This document shows positions 1 through 14,437 of a DNA stretch of 64,000 nt, piece by piece. The stretch lies in NCBI RefSeq assembly GCF_009914755.1, contig NC_060926.1; one strand, 5' to 3'. Numbering within the stretch: position 1 is the stretch's first letter; each line of letters opens with the position of its first letter. Under the pieces are notes generated by a model, which did not search any database, was not told where the DNA came from, and was given only the letters and a program-made list of their open reading frames with translations. The position numbers and the translations under genes are program-made. The stretch is from the human T2T-CHM13v2.0 reference genome, Homo sapiens.

Positions 1-688
1 ACCAAGTTCGCGTATGTTTTCGTGAACAAACACCTTGGATCTTTCCGGTTCGCCAGGGCAGCGAGCAAAGCAGCAGCGAACGGAAACCCCGCAGGGCTGC
101 GCACCGCAGCTAAACCGACGCTCGCAGGAGAGGGGAAGTGAGTGGCAGGGTTCCCTGCCAAGACTCACTGCTGGGAAACAGGCAGTGAGTGGAAGCAGCA
201 GCAGCTCTGGAGAGTAAGTGGGTCTTATGTAAAGTGCCATTTGCCACATATTGTTATTTCCAAAGGATTTCAGAATACCCTCGAACTCGAAAAACAGAGT
301 GAGTGTGGAGGGGAGGGGGGTGCTCCACGTGGAGGAGGGTCGCGAGAAGGAGAGTGCGCCGGGCTGATGGTCAGCGGTGCCCGCGGGGGTCGATGCCGGG
401 CGGGACCGGCGGCGCGGGGGTGGGGCGACGGCGGGGCGGCGGCCGAGCAGCAGAGGGGCGCCCCGCAGAGGCCGGGGGCGGGCGCGGGGGCCCCGCCGCC
501 GTCCTGTCAGCAGCCGCCCCGCCGCCCTCTCCGGCTCGCCCGCAACCGCCGCGGGACCCGCCGGGCCCGGGTCTCTGGAATTTTCCACGGGGGACAGCCG
601 ACCGGGGGCGTCGGGGCTCGCCCCCGCACCCGACCCGGACGGCGGCAGTAGGGGGAGGGATGGTGCATCGAGGAAGCCAAGGTCTCAC

Positions 689-691
689 CAT
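689..691 (-). CDS. PPP3R1: Calcineurin subunit B type 1, coding part of exon 1 (initiator ATG only; rest of gene lies left of the window)
   Basis: Minus strand reads GCCGACCCGCCGAGCAAAATG|GTGAGA: ATG with A at -3, followed directly by a GT donor (688-683). Matches recalled PPP3R1 mRNA (..GAGCAAAATG GGAAAT..) and the known adjacency to CNRIP1. Confidence 0.88.
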
Positions 692-1080
692 TTTGCTCGG
701 CGGGTCGGCGGCTCGCTGGCTCGCTGGCTCGGAGAAGTGTTGCGCTCAGGCTGGCTCGCAGGAAACGGCGGCGGCGGCCCAGCTGCGGCCCTCGGGTCGC
801 CGGCGGGGAGGGGGCGCGCGTGGGGGAGGGGAGGCGGCGCCGCGGGGCCCGCGCCGGCCGGGCGATTGGGCACGCGAGGGAGCGGGCAGGGTAGGGGGAA
901 ATAAATTAAGGTCGAGATTCAGAGCCGGAGAGCGCGGGAGGAGCAGCGGCGAGAGGCAGGAGAGGCAGAGAAGAAGAAAGGAGGGGGAGAGGGGGCGAAG
1001 ACGGCCGGGAAACTCGGGGGCTGCAGCCTCGCGCTCGCGCCGGAGCCGTGACGGACTCACTGCAGCGGCTCGCGCTGACC
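692..1080 (-). other. PPP3R1: PPP3R1 exon 1 5' UTR (TSS approximate, ~1050-1100)
   Basis: C- and pyrimidine-rich on minus strand, no upstream ATG seen between 692 and ~1100, GC boxes just upstream. TSS is inferred. Confidence 0.7.
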
Positions 1081-1147
1081 CGCAACCTCAAGGCACGAAA
1101 AAAGGGGAGGGCGGAGAGGGAGGGGAAAGCGGAGTGCTGCAGCGCGC

Positions 1148-1373
1148 GGGGCGGGGGCGGGGCTTCCGCGAGCGCCGCACATCCGGGAACCTGCGCGCCC
1201 CGCTGGGCGGCGAGTGCCGCGGCGCTCTGGCGAGCTCTGGTTGGGGAACGCTGAGCGCGCGGACCACGTTCGCCCCTCAGCCGGCCGCCCCTTGCGTGCA
1301 GGGTGGGGGGAGGCCAGGGGCGGGGGCGCGGACGTCGGTGACGTCGCGTGGCGGAGCCCTTCCGGTCATGTGG
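1148..1373 (-). promoter_or_regulatory. PPP3R1: Proximal promoter motifs: tandem GC boxes (1148-1163), CRE-like TGACGTCG (1339-1346), ETS CCGGAAG (1359-1365), E/M-box GTCATGTGG (1365-1373)
   Basis: Motifs read directly in a TATA-less CpG island; binding is inferred. Confidence 0.6.
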
Positions 1374-2158
1374 CTGGAGGCGGGCGGGGAAGAAGGCAAG
1401 GCTGGGAGGGGAAGGAGGAAATGCGAGGGTTCCCCGGCGGGAGGAAGCGCGAGGGGTGCGCGAGTGCTAGCGAAAGGGGGACAGGGGCCCTGGAGTGGAA
1501 GCCTTGCGGGAGAGGAGGAGCAGAGGAGCAGTCTTAGGGTGTCAGAACCACCCGGATGCCGCACCAAAAAACAGGAAAAATCCAAGTCCTGCGAGAGGCA
1601 GTCAAAGGTATCTGTGCATCCGTGTACCGACTTGGATCCACTACAGAATTGCACGGCCCATCAGGACTGCTGTCACCCCGGTGCAGCACCCGCAGGCCCA
1701 TCTGTAATATGAATTGGCAGAGTCAGGAACCAGGTTGCAAAGACAGAGAAGCGAGCCAAAGCTGGCCGCAGCCCGAGGCGTGGGGAGAACCTGGGCAAAC
1801 GAGGAGAAGGGATACTTCCCACTCGCAGAAAGACTTTCCACCCAGCTCTGCATTCCCATAAACCGTCCAGACTCCCCTTTGGCGGAGTCCATCAGTTTTT
1901 GTTTAAAAAAAGAAAAAAACTCGAATGTAGATTGCCCGCTTATCCTTTTAGTAGAGCTATATCCACTCCTGTGGCAATTATCTTCCCAGAAAATTCAGAT
2001 TACAATAGGAAATTACATCAAGAAAAGCATAAGGAGGAAATTTATGTTCGAGAGAAGAAATAAAGCTGTCAGGAGAGGTGTGATGAGGATAACGAAGAAA
2101 ACATTTTGCAACTATTTTAACCAGTTATTCCTTTACAAGCCTTGATAATCGCCCGCAC

Positions 2159-2176
2159 TCGTGTGTGTTTGAGAGT

Positions 2177-2215
<39 letters not shown>
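2159..2215. repeat. Compound (TG)n(AG)n microsatellite
   Basis: gtgtgt...gagagaga run. Confidence 0.95.
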
Positions 2216-3289
2216 GATGTTTTCTGAGTGATCGGAAACTCCTTATTGATAAAGCCTTTGAGTCATTTTATAAAAAGCCATTGTGTTGTTTTTTTTTAAA
2301 AAAGTCTTAATGATCCTTACATGAGAACTTTATTCTTTTTATGTGCTAATTATTTTTCCATATGATGAGCATGCATTTTTTTCTAATAAACGCTCAGCGA
2401 TTTGCCCTAGGACTAAATGGTTCCTGTCTCTCTTTCTCTCTGTCTTTCTCTCTCTGTCAATCCCCCCCTCCCCGCCCCTCCATCCCTCCCCTTCCCCCTT
2501 CAGGAGCTACTTTGCTTCTGTGTCAGGATGAATAAGGAAAAGAACTTAGACATAACAAGCTGTGTCACACAGTGAATGTATCAAGGAAAGGCCAAGAAGG
2601 GACACTTTCTTCCACAAGTTTCTTGATTTAAATATGTTGCTATTTGATACTAACATATTACAGAACAAGAAAAAGTCCCTAGGGTATATGTGTAACGTTT
2701 TCTAGGTATACTATTTAAAATTAGTTTTTTATCATAAAAAGACGTGCTTTTTAAGAAAAAGTACTGTATGCAAAATTCTTCCTCTCTCCACTTACCAGAG
2801 GTAATCATGCTAACTGCATTTGTTTGTGTCCCTTGGACATTTTCAGTGAAAATCAAATTATTTTAACTAAGGGGTATGCACTAAGAAGGAATTCGAGCTA
2901 TTTGGAATACAGTGGATTTAAAATAACCCATAATTTTGTTGTGTTGGAGGCAATTTATACTAGTCTGAATTCAGTAAGATAAGTAAATCCAAAATGCACC
3001 TTTAATAGGTTTTTCATCAAAAGGCTGAGGGGAAAAGTATGGTAAGTAGTCATTCTCCTTTTTGTCTCTTTCCATTAAATTTTGATGTAAAGCTTAGTGT
3101 GAGTGGGAACAGGTACCAAACAGTCCTGCAGAAGCATATGTGTTTTTAAAAATGTATGTACCAAATAGCCCTGCTAAAGGCATACATGTTTTTAAATAAC
3201 TAGATAAATGAAGAGGTAATGGACATATCTTTGTGGCTTATTTTTCCTAGAAAATTTAACAAGCTCTTAGATGATTATCAGAAAGAATT

Positions 3290-3700
3290 ATGTCAGATAA
3301 ATTGAAGGGAGAAACACTTAAGACAGGGATGCCAGTTACAAGAATTAGTAACAGGTAGGCATGAGGTGATAAGGGATACCAATGGCAGAGGAAAGGAAAG
3401 GCGAGTATGAACAACATGAAGCAAAAATGGACTGACTATGCAACATAGTGGATGTGTGGAACAGAGAGGGAGAAATAAAAGGTGACCAGTTTTCGTTTTG
3501 ATGACAGGAAATAGTGTTAACATTAAGAGAAATGGAGAGGTCCAAAGTTTGGCTATTGAGTGAGAAGAGATGAGTTTAGATTTAAAGATGCAAAGTTTTA
3601 GTTGCTGATGAGCTATCCCAGTGGAAGCACCCAAATAGAAGCTGAAAGTGCAGGTTAGAAAGGAATAGAGATATGGGAATCAATTTTAAAAAGGATTAAA
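3290..3700. mobile_element. Degraded L2 fragment
   Basis: Purine-rich, L2-like 'gatgagtttagattt...tgctgatgagctatcccagtgga' segments. Confidence 0.45.
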
Positions 3701-3821
3701 ATGAAATCTTCAAATTTTTCCTTATTTAATTAGTGATAGGAGAAGGAAAAGACCCAGAAATGATAATAAAGCTGCTAGGTAGAAAATTAAAGGAAAAGAA
3801 GGTTTTAAGAAAGAGAGAGTA

Positions 3822-4162
<341 letters not shown>

Positions 4163-6179
4163 TCAGACTTCTGTGTCTCCACAATTACCATTAGGAAGTT
4201 AGAAATGTCACAAGATATTATTTCCTCCGTAGACCTTTAAGATAACAGTGACATCCAGAAAGTTGCCTTACTCTTAAAGGACTGATCACTGCCATTACTT
4301 TATATATAATATTTAAGGGTTTCAGGAGAAACAAATTACCATTTCTGTAGTTGTTTAAGGTATTTACAGTATTACTCCCCAAATGGCCACTTTTAGTAAT
4401 GATTATATTTACTAACATCAACTAGAAACTATGTTTGATTTTTCTACTCTTCTTGTACATAGGAAGAAAATGCCAATCAAAAATGAAAGTCAGTTAAAAC
4501 CACTTGAAAGCAATGTCTGTTCCTTTTTAGAATGGAAAGTTGGAGGAAACTTCAGCCTCTCCTCTTAGATAAAATGCATGCCCCAGGTTAAGAATTCCAG
4601 GTGTAAGAATACTTTGTACCTTTTTGCCACATAGTTCCATACCACAAGATTCCCTTCTCAGTGGACACTGAGGTTGCATAGGGAATAGATCACCTTCCTT
4701 CTCAGAATTCTTTTTTGTAATGAGGAGAACGCAGGGATGCAAGCTAGCCCCCTACTCCAGGGTGTGGTTGAGAAAGGGCTCCCAGGCACCTGAGATGCCA
4801 AGAGAAGTGGGTCATTCCCTTCCTGCTAAGCAGCAGAGGTTTTTGCCAAGGATCTAAATTCCATCTTGGAAACTCATTTCTCCATAGAAACCATTTCACA
4901 AAGAGTTCTATAAACAATGGCCTTCCTGCAAAAAGCCTACTTAAATTACAATGTAGCTGAAATTCTGTGTATTTGCTACTAAAAGTTCAATAGTAGAAAA
5001 TAATACTCTTAAATATATGTATCTTTTTGAATTAATGCATTTGGGAAAAAATGTATTCCAAGTACTAGATGGGTTTTTTTCTTTAATTGTACATATAATT
5101 ACTTTTAAAATTATGGACTTTGTATAACTTTTCCAGTTCCCACAAGAGAATTAAGAATATTGAATTTGTTCAAAATTAAGCCTTCTATCACTTACTTTTT
5201 AGATGAAATACAAATTAGGACAGTTTTTAAATTAGGAGTTTCCTAATAAAAAAATTATATGATAAATTAGTTACATAAGTTGTTTCCATACTATGCACTG
5301 GAACAAAAAGAAAAGGAAAGAAAAAGACTTCATAAGATTTATTCCTAAACCTCTTGCATTCACACTAATTTTGTGTGTTAGAAGAAAAGCCCACAGTGTT
5401 TTTAAACAGTTTGTTAACGCTCTTTACATAATGAGCTTTATTCTTTTTCTATGCTAATTATTTTTTCATGTATGAGTACATTACAGTTGGGTGATTATCT
5501 ACATAAAAATGACTTGAAATCAAGAAAGAGAGGACAGAGATCAGAGAGTTTAAACAGTAAAGACCTGGGGCAAGGCAGAACTAAAGGGAGCATCTACGTT
5601 TGAGTGGCAGAAGGAAAAAGAAGTGATAGGAAAGATGATGAGCAAACCAGAAGGGCAGAAGACCCAGTAAGGATACCCTGGAAGCTGAAAGGGAGGAGTT
5701 CAAGATCAAAGGTTGATCAACATCATCTAGTGGCTGGGGGGTCCAGCAGTGTGGTCAGAGAGGACCAAGACAGATGGAGGTGTCCATTGAGGTGTCCTAG
5801 ATTATGTCATGACATTGTTTATCTGAATTAAAAGTCTGTCTCATTTATTTGGTCTTTTGCACATAAAAGTGAATACCAAGAAAAAGCCTGGTTATTTGGA
5901 CTTTGATAGTATTTCCATTTTACTAGTTTAGTAAGAGTATTTTATACCATCTTCTTAAACATAACAGAAAATATAATGTAAATGTAAAACAAAACTATTA
6001 TGGCACTAGAGAATACCTATCTGTCATACTTGTTGACTCACTAATGCATGTATGCACTCAAAAATAACTGTGTGCTTAGCTCCACACATGTATCAGTGAG
6101 ACTGGAGTGAGACCCTAGTTCTAATCTCACTTCTGGTTCCAGGACATTCCTGTGTGAATTTTGGATAGTCATCTAGCCT

Positions 6180-6351
6180 AAGTTGCCTAATATGATAGTC
6201 AGTAGCCACTTTTAGCTATTTAAGTTTACATTAATTTAAATGAATAAAAATTCAGTTCTTCTGTCTTGTTAACTACATTTCAAATGCTCAGTAGCTGCAT
6301 ACCTAGTGGCTATGGTATTGGACATTAAAGAAAGTTCTTTTAGGCAGTACT
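6180..6351. mobile_element. MER3/MER33-like hAT-Charlie DNA transposon remnant
   Basis: 'tagccac...catttcaaatgctcagtagc...tagtggctatggtattggaca' signature. Confidence 0.7.
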
Positions 6352-6518
6352 CATGTAAGTTCTTTGCCTCAAAGTTTTCATCACCAACCACTGATATAAT
6401 GCTTGTTTATTATAAAGGTAGGCACATTTCAAATATAATGAGTTAAACTACCTTAAGTGCTCTTAACAATTTGAACAAACATGCAATTAAATCCCCCTTT
6501 AAAAAAAAAAAAAAAAAA

Positions 6519-6849
<331 letters not shown>

Positions 6850-7201
6850 GCAAATGAAAACATACTAATATCAGAATATATATATTAGATTTTATAAATA
6901 TGAGAGACTGAAGACAAATGTTGTCAGTACTTTTACCAAAATTCATATATTCTTTATTAAAATGTGTCAAACAATATATTACAATGTAAAAAGATATTTC
7001 ACAACAAATGCAATAGAAAATGTTTAATTTATAAAAATATTTTAGCAACTGCATAAAATTAATAGTTAATTTACTTCAGAAATTGTACTTTGTTTTCATG
7101 AAAGATTTTTATTTTTCCCTATAATCCAATTTTCACATTTTACCCAAAGCCTTAAGATATATTTCAAGTAGCAATCAGAACACTATAGAAAAATTTTTAA
7201 T

Positions 7202-7509
<308 letters not shown>

Positions 7510-8635
7510 TTAAATGCAGAGGGCATGTGGTAAGGGATATTTGGGTCATCTCACAAAAATTCTTAAGATTCTTTAACAAAGGATTAGGATTTCAGTTGTA
7601 TATTCTATCTAAAAATATAAAAATAACATTTCATAGTACTGAATCAGGACTTTGTGCATGAACATACTGAATCCAGTTCTTTCAATTGTCAAAATTTTTC
7701 TGAGGGAACTTTGATGGTAGACTGTGGCTTCCAAAGAAAAAATAAGAGTACAAGCTATTTTTGGAAGACAAGAAAATGAGTAAACTAGTTAAAAAAGATT
7801 GGTTTGGCATGGAATATTCATTCGTTAACTTAACTCATCTGATGCTTGAAAAGGTATATACTCCAGGATCAGGCTGACCACTAGAAAAGGGAACATTATT
7901 TTCAAACTAAAACTCACGTGTACTAGGGATTAATAGGTTTTGGATGGCAGACTTCAAAAGTCCCCACTGACTCCTCTTGGGAATAAGGAGCAAATGCCAC
8001 TGCAATGCCATTCAGTCGTGAGTAAACAATGACGAGAACATAACTTAGGGTGGCATTTTCTAGGTGGGGATATATACAGAGCAGGGGACACTGAGGCCAT
8101 ATATTGGGCATTAGTAACCTGCGTTTGCATGTCCTTTACTTCTGTTGTTTCCACGAGAAGAAAATACTCTGAACATTGCGCTATTGTTTTTGAGCAAGCC
8201 TGTTCTCTCTTTTGCCTGACTCTGGACACTGCATAATTGTTTAATGGCGTAAATGGAATAGCTTAATTCTAAAAGATCCTTGGCGAAACAGTACTGGATC
8301 ATTAACATGGTTATTATAGAAGATGTTTTAAATACGGAAAAGGGTAAAGAAAGGAAAACCATCTGTAATCATAACACCGTAATCACTATGTTTGGATGTA
8401 TAGCCAATCATATATATATATATAATGTATAGAGATGTATTTATTAATTGGGCATGTACTGTTTTATTAAATACTTTTTCACTTAATATTTGGGGAATAT
8501 TCCTCACATCTTTCAATATTCTTTATGAATATTTTTGATTATATATATCCAATTATGTTAGTATATGCCTTAATTTATTTAACAAATCCTTTATAAATTT
8601 TGATTTTGGTTCTTTTCAGTTGTTTTCTATTATAG

Positions 8636-8961
<326 letters not shown>

Positions 8962-8973
8962 GATATATATATC

Positions 8974-9262
8974 TTTGACAAGGTCCCACTTTGTGGCCAG
9001 GCTGGCGTGCAGTGACACAATTGCAACTCACTGCAGCCTCAGCTTCCTGGGCTCAAGCAATCCTCCCTCCTTAGCCTCACAAGTAGCTGGGACCATAGGT
9101 GCGTGCCACCATACCTGGCTAACTTTTGTATTCTTTTTTTGTAGAGATGGGGTTTTGCCATGTTGCTCAGGCTGGTCCCAAACTCCTGAGCTCAAGAAAT
9201 CAGCCTTCCTTGGCCTCCCAAAGTGCTGGGGCTATAGGTTTGGGGCACTGCACCCGGCTGGG
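8974..9262 (-). mobile_element. AluJ
   Basis: Diverged Alu with J-type ctcctgggctcaagcaatcctcc. Confidence 0.9.
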
Positions 9263-9303
9263 CATAAACATTTTTTTAAGTTTGTGACCCCGTATATTTG
9301 TGC

Positions 9304-9570
9304 ACCCATATAGGCTGAATAATAGCAGTACTAATATATAACCCAAACATTACCATCTTTAACCTAATTATTTATTTTATCCTAACAACTACTGCATTCC
9401 TAGCACTCAATCTGAATTCAAGCACCACAGCCCTATTACTATCCCACGCCTGAAACAAACTAACATGATTAATATCCATAATTTTATCAATTTTATTATC
9501 CCTAGGGGGCTTACCCCCATTTACAGGATACCAGCCTAAATGAATTATTATCCAAGAATTTACAAAAAAC
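9304..9570 (+). pseudogene. NUMT: nuclear copy of a mitochondrial ND2 fragment (about residues 185-273)
   Basis: In the vertebrate mitochondrial code it reads [89 protein letters not shown]. There are four in-frame TGA=Trp codons and the ND2 SLGGLPP-TG--PKW motif. Confidence 0.95.
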
Positions 9571-10514
9571 AAGAAGCACCCATTTTTCCACAACTATACA
9601 AACTATATGTTGATATTTCCTTTAAACATAGGCTTTTAAACAAGTGGCATCTCATCTTAATTTGCATTTCTTGGTTTTATGGTAATATTGAACATTTTTC
9701 CAAAGTTTTGATCTTTTACATCAACCACTAAGAATATATCCCTGTGACTTACCTGTTCAGTGCCCACTTTTCTTGAGGAAATTTGTCTATACATTTTGTA
9801 TATGAAGGATATGACCCCCATACATTTGTTAGGATGACTCCACCAAGTTTATAGTTTGACTTTTGATTGTTTGTGGCATTTTTAAAGTTTATTTTTCATC
9901 CTATATATGGGAGAAAATACAACATACAGATGACAGCTAAAGAGCTCATATCCTTAATATATAGGTATCCTAGTTAATTGTGAACTATTTTTTCTTATTA
10001 ATCTATGACTTCTATGCTGAAAATTGCATATGTATATTCAATGACTAGACTTGAAGGTAAAATAGTAAATTAATAAAAACTTTTACTTACAGAACATGGG
10101 TTAATTAAGTCTTACTTGACATTGGCTACTTTACTATTGAATAACTAATCAAATTCATCGAAAACTTCATTTTTACCTTAAAAATAAGCAAAACTAATGT
10201 ATCCATCATTTTTTCAATGAAGGGTCAAGTAATGTATGCAAATACTACATTAAGGCCACATAATGAGCTACCCATACAACTGACAAATGAAGTCTTCAGA
10301 GATTTTTTTTAGAAACAGCTGAAGATAATATGGTCTGAAAATGTCATATGGTATAGGGTCAACTGCATGTGTTATTTTGTTATAATTTGTACCAATTACA
10401 CACATAAACCACATATGCATCTGGTTATAAAATGTTCTATATGTCATATACATTGCTGTACCGCATTTCTCTATCCAAGCACATACACCATTCTAAAAAT
10501 TATGCAAAATTTTT

Positions 10515-10966
<452 letters not shown>

Positions 10967-12534
10967 TTAAGTTTTAGGTAGTTAATTCCTTCTGTTTTCC
11001 TGGTAGAATAGATTATTCCTTGTGCATATTCTAAATTAGAAATATCTTTTATAAAAAAGAATTGACTGCTTATATCGGTTCTCTTTGTAATAATTAAAAT
11101 TGTCATATACATTTGTTTTTTATTTTAGAGCAAACTTGTTGGAACCAAACTCAAAATATTCACTAGCACATTATCTATAATGCTGTTCTTCCAGGAAAAT
11201 GAAAGTAATCAAAAAGGTGTATTTCAAAGAAATATACTTTTAGAAATAAATACATATGATATAATTTATGTATATATGATATTGTAAATTGTTAAGATAT
11301 AGTAAATGAGCCATGCCTCCTTGTTCAAAATTATATCACTAAAATTAATCAGTGTGCTTTAAAAAAGTCTACTCTTTTGAAAATAATTTATAAATTTGTA
11401 TAAGATATATAAAATTTATAATACTCTAAGAATTTATTTTTGCATAAATGGCAAATTGCACTAGTGCTAAAATTCTCAAGGTCAGAGCTGAAAATTGCAC
11501 TGTAAATACATTTTGTGCATTTTATCAGAATGGGGAAGTTGGTTGCATTTCTAAGAAAATATTTAAAATTGTATATTTTTGAATAAAAATGAAATGTTTG
11601 GTAAATAAGTTTTTTTTTCAGTGAATTCCATGTGTTCTTTGATTTTAAAGAGCATGTTCAATTCCTCACAAAATCAAAAAGAGTTCTGTTAACTACTCAA
11701 GTGACAAATCTGAAGGAAGAGAGGCATTAAAATGTAAACAAATTACCTATATTCAAAAGCAATAGAGTTTCAGGGCCCATTCCACTTTAGGCACAAATTT
11801 TGTCAATGGTGATTTTGCTTAGTTTCAATTTGTTTTTCCCATTATATATCAAAATTGTTGCTCATTTTAGTTCCAAGACATCACTATAGTCATTAGTTAC
11901 CCTGTCTAAGAAGAAAAGATTCTTACTTTTACTATAAATCAATGTATTTACAATTAGCAGGGACCTGTGTCCTTTCCCATTGTCGGCATCTGTGTAAGCA
12001 TGGTTTGCCAAGAAAAAAAAAGACTTTGCAAAAAGCAATGGGGAATAGTGAAGTGTGAAGAGTGAAGAAGCAGTAGAGCCTCCAGCATAACAATTGCAAT
12101 CAGGTCCTTCCAGAAACTCATGCTCGAGCTATATACTTTCTGGCCGTCATCCCTCCTTTCTTGCCTACACTAATCTCAAATCCTGAGCTTTGAAATCCCC
12201 AACCTACACCTGTTTCCAACCCAGTCTTCTATCCTTGATTCTTTTTATGAGATCCTATAAAGCACTGAAATTAGCAATTATAGTGGATCTACCCAAGAGC
12301 CAGAGGATGGTTTTATTTGCAGAAAGCAGGTAACAGAAAGCACTTTAAAATTGATTGTGCTGTCTACAATGCTGTGTAAACATTTGGTATGACTAAACAG
12401 ATCCTCCCCCTGTCATGTAATTGGATAAATTGCAAAGTAAGAGTACGGCCCACCGTGATATTTTGTAATCTCCTTTTCATCACAAAAACTGATGTTATAG
12501 AAAAAAGACCTTTCTTCTAACTTAGAAGCATTAG

Positions 12535-12972
<438 letters not shown>

Positions 12973-14437
12973 TAAAGAGAGATGGCATAAATGAAACATT
13001 GCATAATGGTATTCATTTTAAATTAAACCTAAATATGTAAATATCCAAGGTCTAATTAGCAATGGATATTCTTAGTGTACAATAAAACTGCATTAATCTG
13101 GACACCAAAGATGTTGAATCATTTGCCTTTAGAAGATGCTTTGAGAAGATTGGTCTTTGGAGACTCAAACAAAAAGATCCTGGTGTTCAAAGGACATGTG
13201 TTTAAGAATAAGGATTTATGAAGTTAAGGTCATGAGAGGAGTCTCAGAAGACTCAAATCAAGGAGTGATAGAGATGGGCATGTTCTTATAATAGAGTAAC
13301 ATAGGCATTGGCTAAAAAAGATCTACAGGATGTTTAGATAGTGATGGGTAGGCAGGTTAGACACTGTGAATACTGAGTTTAAGAACTTTGAACCACAACA
13401 GCGTACTCCGGGACCCAGCATTGGTGGAGAAGCATTGAGAGGTCTGAGCCTGGCTGGTTAGTGTGGAACGAAGAATCACAGGTATGGCTGGAAGAGCATG
13501 GGAATGAGTATTTGTAGTTTATAAAGACACAATTTTAAGCACTTTGAAGCCTCTACCATGTGCTATTTTTAAGTCTTCTCAGTTGATTGAGTCTGAGAAG
13601 AGTGAAGATTAAGTGCTGGGGCTGAAAGTTTAACCTAGATCTGTGTGACTCCAAAACCCAACCTTTTCAGCACTATGTTATACTGCCATTTGGTGCATAA
13701 CTATGGGACAGGGGGGTGCAGATGTGCGTACACATGCATTATACATTTCATTATATATTTCATTTTCTTTTTTAAATAAAATAGGATCATGCTGTTTTGT
13801 AACTGTTTCTCTCATCAAATCTTGTGTTCACATAACGCATTAAGTTTTGGAGAGCTTTGGTAACAGTGGTTCAAGATACCCAAACGTAAGCCTAAGAACA
13901 AAGTGTAAATAAAACCCAATTCCCTCCACAAAGAACAGACCCAGAAGGCCATACTAAAGGTACCAGTGACTTGGGCAATTTGTCTGTCATCCAATAAGCC
14001 CAGAAGTTGCCATGAGAAGAGAGATAATGGTCCAATTTCTTTGACTTTGTCAAAACAGTCAAATCATGGAGACATTTTAAGACATTCATGACCACAAATT
14101 CAACAACATTTTCCCATTTAGAACATTTTGGGCTATTATGCAGAAATCGCAGAAATACAATCTTCTCTATTGTTTCCAAATAAGTTTATACTCATTAGAT
14201 GGTAATATGCAACAGTAAATTTTTTAAGAGTTACAATGTTGCTTATACAATAAATAAATAAGTGTATTTCCAAGATATATGGGAAGCAGATATGTGGAGT
14301 AAGAAAATGATTTTTTAAGCTATCATTTCCTTGTTTAAGCCACAGTCATGCTTTGGTCCCATTGCTTGCACATGTAATCCTGCCGAATACTGTTTTGTTA
14401 TTTCAAAGTTGGTGGTTGTATATATAAAATATGATAT

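Larger units (their letters stand above)
1..1800. promoter_or_regulatory. PPP3R1: CpG island covering the PPP3R1 promoter, exon 1 and start of intron 1
   Basis: Very GC- and CpG-rich (core ~340-1480) against AT-rich, CpG-depleted flanks; contains the ATG|GT junction at 691-687. Confidence 0.95.

Noticed and set aside
35-1892. Long ORFs in the CpG island (e.g. 469 aa at 303-1712)
   Set aside because: Gly/Arg/Ala/Pro low-complexity products expected from stop-poor GC-rich DNA. They occur in all frames, often with non-ATG starts, and resemble no protein I know.
1850-2350. Published 5-bp insertion/deletion polymorphism in the PPP3R1 promoter
   Set aside because: Several TTTAA candidates exist and I cannot localise it from sequence alone.
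9304-9570. NUMT as a functional nuclear coding sequence
   Set aside because: Four TGA stops in the standard code, fragment only, no start or splice context.
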